Shown here: piece after piece, positions 28,454 to 35,171 of the stretch
Layout: each line of letters starts with the position of its first letter
Position numbering within the stretch: the stretch's first letter is position 1
From: Bacillota bacterium
Lineage (GTDB): Bacteria > Bacillota > Clostridia > Acetivibrionales > DSM-2933
Assembly: GCA_030705945.1 (NCBI GenBank)
Contig: JAUZPS010000001.1
Span: 1-36,888, forward strand
Length of the DNA: 36,888 nucleotides
Direction: 5' to 3'
Made by a program: the position numbers and the translations under genes
Notes under the pieces: model-generated
Databases searched by the model: none
The model's input: the letters and a program-made list of their open reading frames with translations, nothing else
What the model was told of the DNA's origin: nothing

Positions 28454-29471
28454 TTATCTCATCTCCTCCGCCTCTCGAAATAACAATTTCACCTGCATCC
28501 TCAAGCTTTCTTATAACATTAACAATCTTCTGCTGAGCCTCTTCAACATCTTTAAGCCTTACAGGTCCCATAAAGTCTATGTCTTCTTTTATCATTTCTG
28601 CTAGACGCTTGGACATATTTCCAAAAATAAGCTTCTGAACTTCCTCTGTGGAGCCTTTTAAGGCAATTGCAAGCTGGTTATTATCAACTTCTCTCAAGAA
28701 CCTCTGTATTGAACGGTTATCGAGAGTCAATACATCTTCAAATACAAACATTCTCTTCTTAATTTCTTCTGCAAGATCCGTATCTTCAATTTCTAACGTC
28801 TCCATGATATACTTCTCAGTTCCTCTGTCGACATTATTTAATATATCAACTATAGACTGGACGCCGCCTGCGGCTGTAAAGTCCTCAGTAACCAATGATG
28901 AAAGCTTCTTTTCTAATACTCTTTCCACTTCCTTGATTACTTCAGGCGAAGTTCTGTCCATAGTGGCAATCCTTCGAGCAACATCAGCCTGTTTGTCCTG
29001 TGGCAACGCCGACAATACTATCGATGATTGCTGAGGCTTCAGATAAGCAAGAATCAACGCTATTGTTTGAGGATGCTCATTCTGGATAAAGTTTAGAAGT
29101 TGCGACGCGTCCGCCTTTCTTACAAAGTCAAAAGGTCTTACCTGAAGTGAAACAGTGAGCTTGTTTATTACTTCCAAAGCTTTCTGTGTGCCGAGGGCTT
29201 TCTCAAGTATTTCCTTAGCGTAGTTAATACCGCCTTCAGCAATATAATCCTGCGCCAGACATACCTGATAAAATTCCTCCATTACACTCTCCTTATCTTC
29301 AGGAGATACGGTTCTGATATTAGCTATTTCTAATGTAAGCTGCTCAATTTCCTCTTCTTTCAAATGCTTAAATATCTCAGCCGATTTCTCAGGTCCTAAA
29401 GATATTAAAAGCATAGCCGCTTTAGCTTTCCCATTGTATTCCGTTTTTGGCGCTCCAGCATTACGGCCCAC
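28446..29471 (-). CDS. fliG: Motor switch protein FliG
   Basis: KAAMLLISLG, EHPQTIA, MFVFED, MGPVRLKDVEEAQ; probable GTG start 29471. Confidence 0.98.
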   Translation of the reverse strand: MGRNAGAPKTEYNGKAKAAMLLISLGPEKSAEIFKHLKEEEIEQLTLEIANIRTVSPEDKESVMEEFYQVCLAQDYIAEGGINYAKEILEKALGTQKALEVINKLTVSLQVRPFDFVRKADASQLLNFIQNEHPQTIALILAYLKPQQSSIVLSALPQDKQADVARRIATMDRTSPEVIKEVERVLEKKLSSLVTEDFTAAGGVQSIVDILNNVDRGTEKYIMETLEIEDTDLAEEIKKRMFVFEDVLTLDNRSIQRFLREVDNNQLAIALKGSTEEVQKLIFGNMSKRLAEMIKEDIDFMGPVRLKDVEEAQQKIVNVIRKLEDAGEIVISRGGGDEIIV

Positions 29472-29542
29472 TAAAATCCCCCCCAAATATTCTACATCTA
29501 TATTTGAACTGCTATCTGAGTTGTTATTTTAAATTATGATTA

Positions 29543-29636
29543 AGGTAGTATCAAAAAAATAACTGGTCGTTTCAAAAACCTGATATAATGGGTTTTCGTC
29601 GTATAAACTTGAACAAGGAATCTTTTGAAACGCCCT
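29543..29636 (+). mobile_element. Family B MITE-like repeat
   Basis: Inverted repeats cgtttcaaaa/ttttgaaacg around tgatataatgggttttc...ttgaacaaggaa; near-identical to 32215-32316 and to the reverse of 33487-33592. Confidence 0.75.
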
Positions 29637-29651
29637 AAATTCTGCTTTTTA

Positions 29652-31256
29652 CTATTCCCAGTCATCTGAAAGCCAGTTTCTTAACAACTGAGCTACGGCG
29701 TCTGGTTTTTGTTTTACAAACTTTTCTATTTGCTTCTTTACTTCGGACCTTTCTTCAATATCTATTTCCTGAAGTTCCATCTCGTCATTAACAGTAACAT
29801 CGAATCCTCCTGCTCCAGCAGCGGCCAAAGCCGGTTCTGGAGTCGCAACCTGTGGTTCGTTCTGCTCCCCTTTTTTCTTCCTTGGAATCAAAGCTATCAT
29901 TAATCCAATAATAAGCAGTAAGATTAGAGCAAAGAATCCATAAGCGTTAACAAGCTCTTTTATAGTATCTGATAAGGATTTTGTCTCTACTGTTTCGGGA
30001 GCCATCTTGTATTTGTTTACCGATATATTTGTAAGCGGTATTCCAGTTGCTCGACTTACATCATTTTTGAGTGAGTCAATAAAAGCCTGTGTAAGGTTTT
30101 TATCGTCCTTAACCCTTCTGCCATAATAAAGAGCGACTGTCATTGAAGATTTCTCAAGGTTAACAGCGCCAAGCGCTTTTTCTTCATCTGTAACAGTTCT
30201 CTTATAATCATTATTAATTTTCTCTGTAGTTTTATCATAATTTGAGTTGCCATTTGAATTTATAGGATATGTAGTTGTTGTTGAGCTTCCAGGGTTAGTA
30301 TCAGTTCCTGGAATCCCCGATGTGTTTCCATTTGTAAGTTTTTCCTTCGTTTTTTCAGAGCTTATTACTGCAGGACCATCCATGCCTGTTCCGTTTGAAA
30401 TATCATTTGTTTGTCTTGTCAATTTGTCGAAGTCTAAAACTGGATTTACAACTGCTCTTATACTTTCAAAGCTGTCTAAAGGAACCTTGTTAAAAAGATT
30501 ATAAACACTGTTTTCAAGAGCCTTTTGCGTTTTTTGCTTCATATCATACTGGCTGTTTACTTCATCTATTGAATTACCCATGTTCTGACTGTTCATGATA
30601 TTCAAATTATTATCAAGGACTGTTACATCTTTTGGATCCAACCCAACAACACTAGATGCAACCATCATAACAATACCCTGAACCTGTTTTTGGGTAAGTT
30701 CACTCTTTGGCTTGACGATTACATTTGCCGATGGTTTCTGGGTATTGTTCTCATCAATTACAAAAGGAGTGTCCTCAGGTTTGGAAATTGTGACGCTTGC
30801 ATCCTCTATATTATCCGCCAGCATTTTAAGTTTTGCGCTCAGCGTAGATTCGTCATAATGCTGCCATAACTTCTGTTTATCACTTTCAGTTGTATTTATT
30901 TTAATAGAACTAAAAGCATCCTCAAAAGTCATGCCGCTTTTGGGAAACCCGCCTTGTATTAAAGCAACCTGGGCTTTGTTATTGTCTTTAGAATCAATCA
31001 TGATAGTTCCGGAATTTTGATCCAGCTTAAATTTTATGTTCTGATCCTGAAGTATCTTGGTCATATCACTGACATCTTTAGAATCAGAACTTTTTATAAG
31101 TGGAACATAGTTTGACTTTGTAGCCAAAACAATAGTAACAGCAAGAACTGCTATCAAAATAGCAGAAATTACATATATACGCCTCTTCTGTGATTTATCA
31201 AGAACCTTCCATAAATCAATAGCTTTTTGCTGCAGCCTCGAAATAAATTCAGGCAT
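29652..31256 (-). CDS. fliF: MS-ring protein FliF
   Basis: Two TM segments, ring-building domains, GIPGTDTN, C-terminal PDAVAQLLRNWL. Confidence 0.93.
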   Translation of the reverse strand: MPEFISRLQQKAIDLWKVLDKSQKRRIYVISAILIAVLAVTIVLATKSNYVPLIKSSDSKDVSDMTKILQDQNIKFKLDQNSGTIMIDSKDNNKAQVALIQGGFPKSGMTFEDAFSSIKINTTESDKQKLWQHYDESTLSAKLKMLADNIEDASVTISKPEDTPFVIDENNTQKPSANVIVKPKSELTQKQVQGIVMMVASSVVGLDPKDVTVLDNNLNIMNSQNMGNSIDEVNSQYDMKQKTQKALENSVYNLFNKVPLDSFESIRAVVNPVLDFDKLTRQTNDISNGTGMDGPAVISSEKTKEKLTNGNTSGIPGTDTNPGSSTTTTYPINSNGNSNYDKTTEKINNDYKRTVTDEEKALGAVNLEKSSMTVALYYGRRVKDDKNLTQAFIDSLKNDVSRATGIPLTNISVNKYKMAPETVETKSLSDTIKELVNAYGFFALILLLIIGLMIALIPRKKKGEQNEPQVATPEPALAAAGAGGFDVTVNDEMELQEIDIEERSEVKKQIEKFVKQKPDAVAQLLRNWLSDDWE

Positions 31257-31342
31257 GAATACACCACCTTTTACAGAGTTTTCTCTTCCGTGAAAATTAC
31301 CTCTCCATAAATTTATCTCTATAAATTAATGAAATCAAAAAT

Positions 31343-31371
31343 GTTATACTAATATATACAATTTTTTGCAA
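31343..31371 (-). promoter_or_regulatory. Possible SigA-type internal promoter for fliF
   Basis: TTGCAA-N17-TATAAC; the AT-rich context makes a chance match possible. Confidence 0.45.
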
Positions 31372-31444
31372 GTATAATTTGTATACATAATAACTTAACA
31401 TCAATTCATTATTTTCTAATATCATCGAAACCTATTTTGTATAC

Positions 31445-31547
31445 TATATAAAAAGCACTATTAATCTTATATTTGACGGAGCAAAATAACGAACGCTTTA
31501 ACGTTATTTTGCGATAGGCAAATGTAAAAGATTAATTGCTTTTTATA
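31445..31547. repeat. Palindromic repeat family A, full copy
   Basis: Near-identical to 27588-27689, flanked by TATA. Confidence 0.92.
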
Positions 31548-31549
31548 TT

Positions 31550-31601
31550 TATATTTCGCAATAAACATTTTACATCCATTTTTTATATTGCAAAATATAT
31601 A
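31550..31601. repeat. Family D palindromic repeat
   Basis: tatatttcgcaata-aacattttacatccattttt-tatattgcaaaatatata; the left part recurs inverted at 33616-33649. Confidence 0.75.
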
Positions 31602-31610
31602 CCTTGATTC

Positions 31611-31693
31611 ATAAGTTGCGAAAAGTTAAGCTTTGATAGCAAAATGCAGACGTATTTACTGCATTTTTAATGTAAAATCTTTTTCGCAACTTA
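31611..31693. repeat. Family C palindromic repeat, full copy
   Basis: Outer taagttgcgaaaa/ttttcgcaactta and inner aaaatgcag/ctgcatttt inverted repeats. Confidence 0.85.
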
Positions 31694-31780
31694 CGGTTGT
31701 ATCCAAAAAATCTGATTATGCTTAAATTTATGTTGACTTAAAAAGAAATCAATGAATAATATAGCCAAAAATGTTTATTG

Positions 31781-32083
31781 CTATATTTGCATCCTCATTA
31801 TTTCGCTGTATGCATCCATTAGTTTATTCCTGATTTGCATAGTGAGTTGTAAAGATATGTCGGCTTTCTCAGTCGCTATTAGAACTTCATGTATATTATC
31901 CGTCTTTCCTGTCGCCAAATCATCTCCCAACTGCTCTGATTGCAGTTGTAAATCATTAACGTTATTGAGGGCGTTGTTTAACATATCGGCAAAATTTAAA
32001 CCTTGATCATTTGTTTTGGGATCATTTTTCCCAATACCTATTGGAGAAATTGCATTAAAACCGCTTACAGAATTAACAGCCAT
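31781..32083 (-). CDS. fliE: Hook-basal body protein FliE
   Basis: FADML, IHEVLIATEKA, IRNKLMDAYSEIMRMQI. Confidence 0.96.
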   Translation of the reverse strand: MAVNSVSGFNAISPIGIGKNDPKTNDQGLNFADMLNNALNNVNDLQLQSEQLGDDLATGKTDNIHEVLIATEKADISLQLTMQIRNKLMDAYSEIMRMQI

Positions 32084-32102
32084 AACTTCCTCCTATGGAA
32101 TA

Positions 32103-32203
32103 TATTAAAATCATTATTAATCTTACATTTAGCAGAGCAAAATAACGAATGGTTTTAACGGTATTTTGCGATAGATAGATGTAAAAGATTAATTGATTTT
32201 AAT
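32103..32203. repeat. Family A divergent copy with compensatory substitutions
   Basis: aaaatcattattaatcttacatttagcagagcaaaataacg...gtattttgcgatagatagatgtaaaagattaattgatttt. Confidence 0.88.
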
Positions 32204-32214
32204 TTAATAAATAT

Positions 32215-32316
32215 AAAAAAATAAACTGGTCAACTAGTCGTTTCAAAAACTTGATATAATGGGTTTTCATCATACAAAACTTGAACAAGGAATTTTTTGA
32301 AACGCCCTTAGTAAAA
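32215..32316 (+). mobile_element. Family B MITE-like repeat
   Basis: Inverted repeats cgtttcaaaaa/tttttgaaacg (32239-32304) around the same core as 29543-29636. Confidence 0.75.
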
Positions 32317-32329
32317 AGTATTATTAATA

Positions 32330-32773
32330 TTAACGTCCAATATCAAGGGCCTTGACAGCCATACTCTTAGTGGTGTTGATTGCTGTCACGTTAGCTTCAT
32401 ATGACCTTGTTGCAGATATCATGTTTATCATTTCCGTTGCAACATCAACATTAGGCATCTGTACATAACCATCTTTGTCAGCGTCCGGATGGCCAGGATT
32501 GTAGACTTTTTTCAGCGGAGATTTATCTTCTACAATATTGCTGACTCTAACACCGCTACCCACAAGTCTATCCTTGTTGCTTGCATTTAAATAATCTGAA
32601 AAAGGCGCGCTTGGAGACTTCTCTTCAAAAACAACCACTTTTCTCCTATATGGAGTGCCATTTTCTGTCCTCGTTGTATCAGCGTTTGCAATATTCTGAG
32701 AAATTGTGTCCATTCTGAGACGTTGAGCTGTAAGGCCCGAGGCGCTTACATCAAGAGCGCTGAAATATCCCAT
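32330..32773 (-). CDS. flgC: Basal-body rod protein FlgC
   Basis: SGLTAQRLRMD, NIANA, YNPGHPDAD, MPNVD, RSYEAN. Confidence 0.98.
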   Translation of the reverse strand: MGYFSALDVSASGLTAQRLRMDTISQNIANADTTRTENGTPYRRKVVVFEEKSPSAPFSDYLNASNKDRLVGSGVRVSNIVEDKSPLKKVYNPGHPDADKDGYVQMPNVDVATEMINMISATRSYEANVTAINTTKSMAVKALDIGR

Positions 32774-32776
32774 TTA

Positions 32777-33190
32777 TTATCTTCTCCCTTCGCTTATAAC
32801 AGAACGTAGCTTTTTAAATTCGCTATTAAGTTTTTGAGTCAGGGTATCATATGTAATATTATTTTTTGCCATCAAAGCCATTTCAGCGTCAATATCCACA
32901 TTATTGCCATCAAGTCGCATATCTAGAGAACTATTATCCTCAGTTACATTAATCTCAGTATTCTCTAAAGAGCTTCCACCAATGGGAATATGCCTTTTAT
33001 CCGTGCGAAATCCCTTAAAGCTGCTGGTATCAATAGCATCACTCAAAGCTTTTTCAAAAGAAACCTCTTTTCTTTTATAATTAGGCGTATCAACATTTGC
33101 GATATTTTGTGTAATTGCTTCGTTTCTTAGCCATGAACCATCCATAGCTTTTTCAAGAACTCTGGTATTATTGAATAACCTTCCAACCAT
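32777..33190 (-). CDS. flgB: Basal-body rod protein FlgB
   Basis: NIANVDTPNYKRK, RLDGNNVDID. Confidence 0.97.
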   Translation of the reverse strand: MVGRLFNNTRVLEKAMDGSWLRNEAITQNIANVDTPNYKRKEVSFEKALSDAIDTSSFKGFRTDKRHIPIGGSSLENTEINVTEDNSSLDMRLDGNNVDIDAEMALMAKNNITYDTLTQKLNSEFKKLRSVISEGRR

Positions 33191-33304
33191 AGGTTACCTT
33201 CCTCCAAACTGATAGTTATTTTACAGTTCGTACCTAATCCTAAACTCAAATAATTACACCCTAATTTTTTTTAAACAGAAAAAATGAAATAAATGATTAC
33301 TTGA

Positions 33305-33333
33305 TTATTCGACAAAACTTTTTATTTTCCTTC
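33305..33333 (-). promoter_or_regulatory. SigH-type promoter overlapping a Spo0A box upstream of flgB
   Basis: GAAGGAAAA-N11-GTCGAATAA fits the Bacillus SigH consensus RNAGGAWWW-N11/12-RNNGAATWW; TGTCGAA at 33308-33314. Confidence 0.7.
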
Positions 33334-33398
33334 ACAAAAAGTCAAAATGCGATGTGGTAATATTGTCCAAGAAGATTAAATATTAGTCATACACATAG

Positions 33399-33427
33399 AT
33401 GATAACACATTATTCTTAAAAATTCAA
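33399..33427 (-). promoter_or_regulatory. SigA-type promoter upstream of flgB
   Basis: TTGAAT-N17-TATCAT with an extended -10 TG. Confidence 0.6.
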
Positions 33428-33440
33428 CAAAAACCGCATT

Positions 33441-33466
33441 CAATTATAGTAACCAATTATAGTAAC
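33441..33466. repeat. Perfect 13-bp tandem direct repeat
   Basis: caattatagtaac x2, inside the inverted repeat aaaaccgca/tgcggtttt (33430-33484). Confidence 0.85.
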
Positions 33467-33486
33467 TGCTTTCGCTGCGGTTTTAT

Positions 33487-33592
33487 AAGGGAGTTTCAAA
33501 AAATTCCTTGTTCAATTTTTGTATGAAGAAGACCCATTATATCAAATTTTTGAAACTCCCAGTTGACCAGTTTATTTTTTGATACTACCTAA
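33487..33592 (-). mobile_element. Family B MITE-like repeat, inverted copy
   Basis: Perfect 14-bp inverted repeats gggagtttcaaaaa/tttttgaaactccc (33489-33560) plus the shared flank. Confidence 0.78.
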
Positions 33593-33615
33593 CTTTAATA
33601 TTAGTCGTTCGATCG

Positions 33616-33649
33616 AAATGGATGTAAAATGTTTATTGCAAAATATATA
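33616..33649 (-). repeat. Family D partial copy
   Basis: aaatggatgtaaaatgtttattgcaaaatatata, nearly the reverse complement of 31550-31581. Confidence 0.75.
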
Positions 33650-33692
33650 GTAAACACACGCTCAGAACCGGAAGTAACTTTTCAATCATTTC

Positions 33693-35021
33693 TTAATTCT
33701 CAGAAAATCTACCGTTAATCTCATTTTTAATAGCTTTTATTTTCTCCAAAGCCCTTTGCGATATTTCAAAATTTTTCTTTCTTTTATCCCTTATTCTAAT
33801 ATCCAATGCATCCATTAATCCAAAATTAACATTCATTGGTTGAAAATTCTTTACGGCAGGATTGGATATATAATTACTTAACGCTCCTATAGCAGTGCTT
33901 GTTGGAAAGATGACAGCCTCTTTTCCCTTAAAGGCTAAAGCAGCGTTTATACCGGCTACTAAGCCTGATGAAGTCGATTCCATATATCCCTCTACCCCAG
34001 TCATCTGTCCCGCAAAAAACATATCGGTTCTATCAATCATTCTGTAAGCGGCGTCAAGTTTTCCTGGCGAATTTATAAAAGTATTGCGGTGCATAACTCC
34101 ATATCTTAAATATTCCGCATTTTCAAGTCCCGGTATTAATCCAAACACTCTCTTTTGTTCCGACCATTTTAGCCGTGTCTGAAATCCTACTATATTATAC
34201 AATGTTCCTTCCGCATTGTCCTGTCTCAACTGAATAACAGCATACGGCTCCTTTCCTGTATTGGGATCAAGAAGCCCCACAGGCTTTAAAGGACCGAATC
34301 TTAATGTGTCTATTCCTCGCGCCGCCATGCTTTCCACAGGCATACAGCCCTCAAAAACGGCATCCTTTTCGAAATCCTTGATATCTGCTGTTTCAGCATT
34401 TATTAATTCGTTCCAGAAATGCCCATACTGTTCCTTATTCATAGGACAATTTATATAGTCATCAGAACCGCGTCCGTATCTTGCTGCCCTAAAAGCTTTA
34501 GACATATCAATAGAATCAAGTTCTAAAATTGGCGCTGCCGCGTCAAAAAAGTATAAGTACTCTTTTCCAATAAGCTGACTTAAGTTTTTAGAAAAGTCTT
34601 CCGAAGTAAGAGGACCTGTCGCTACAACAGTAATACCTTCCTGTGGAAGAGACTTTATTTCCTCATTAACAATTTCAATATTTTCCGTTTTTGTTATAAT
34701 ATCTGTTACCATCTGTGAAAACCTTGTCCTATCAACAGCCAAAGCTCCACCTGCAGGTACGCTTGTATTATCCGCGCATTTCATAATCAAGGAATCCAAT
34801 AATCTCATTTCCTCTTTTATGAGCCCAACAGCATTTTCAAGCTGAGCAGAACGGAGGGAATTGCTGCAGACAAGCTCCGCAAATGATTCTAAATGGTGAG
34901 CGGGAGAAAATTTCTTTGGTTTCATTTCGTACAATCTTACCTTTATTCCCCTTTTAGCGATCTGCCATGCCGCTTCACTACCCGCCAATCCTGCTCCAAT
35001 TATATTTATATGTTCAGTCAT
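33693..35021 (-). CDS. trmFO: Folate/FAD-dependent tRNA m5U54 methyltransferase TrmFO (Gid)
   Basis: [49 protein letters not shown]. Confidence 0.98.
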   Translation of the reverse strand: MTEHINIIGAGLAGSEAAWQIAKRGIKVRLYEMKPKKFSPAHHLESFAELVCSNSLRSAQLENAVGLIKEEMRLLDSLIMKCADNTSVPAGGALAVDRTRFSQMVTDIITKTENIEIVNEEIKSLPQEGITVVATGPLTSEDFSKNLSQLIGKEYLYFFDAAAPILELDSIDMSKAFRAARYGRGSDDYINCPMNKEQYGHFWNELINAETADIKDFEKDAVFEGCMPVESMAARGIDTLRFGPLKPVGLLDPNTGKEPYAVIQLRQDNAEGTLYNIVGFQTRLKWSEQKRVFGLIPGLENAEYLRYGVMHRNTFINSPGKLDAAYRMIDRTDMFFAGQMTGVEGYMESTSSGLVAGINAALAFKGKEAVIFPTSTAIGALSNYISNPAVKNFQPMNVNFGLMDALDIRIRDKRKKNFEISQRALEKIKAIKNEINGRFSEN

Positions 35022-35036
35022 CTAATAACTCCTTTT

Positions 35037-35171
35037 GCAAAAAACTTGAAGTAACTTTCTAATCGTTTTTCTCTTCACGTTAGAAAGCAACTTCAAGTAA
35101 ATTTTGCTTTCATGTTCACTAAACCGTGAACATCCGCAAAAAACTTGAAGTAACTTTCTAATCGTTTTTCT
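35037..35171. repeat. Repeat cluster family E: two identical 36-bp direct copies around an inverted copy and a hairpin
   Basis: gcaaaaaacttgaagtaactttctaatcgtttttct at 35037-35072 and 35136-35171; inverted variant at 35080-35107; atgttcac/gtgaacat hairpin at 35112-35133. Confidence 0.9.

Noticed and set aside
31415-31450. Second SigD promoter upstream of fliF (TTCGATGA)
   Set aside because: Poor match to GCCGATAT and no convincing -35
33191-33304. c-di-GMP riboswitch or invertible flagellar switch upstream of flgB
   Set aside because: The leader is AT-rich, with no GEMM-type GGCAAA/GAAA/GCAAA pattern; the nearby inverted repeats belong to dispersed repeat families; no recombinase in the window
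35037-35171. Two identical 36-bp repeats as a mini CRISPR array
   Set aside because: Only two copies; the 63-nt 'spacer' contains an inverted copy of the repeat; one copy lies within the topA 3' end; no cas genes or leader
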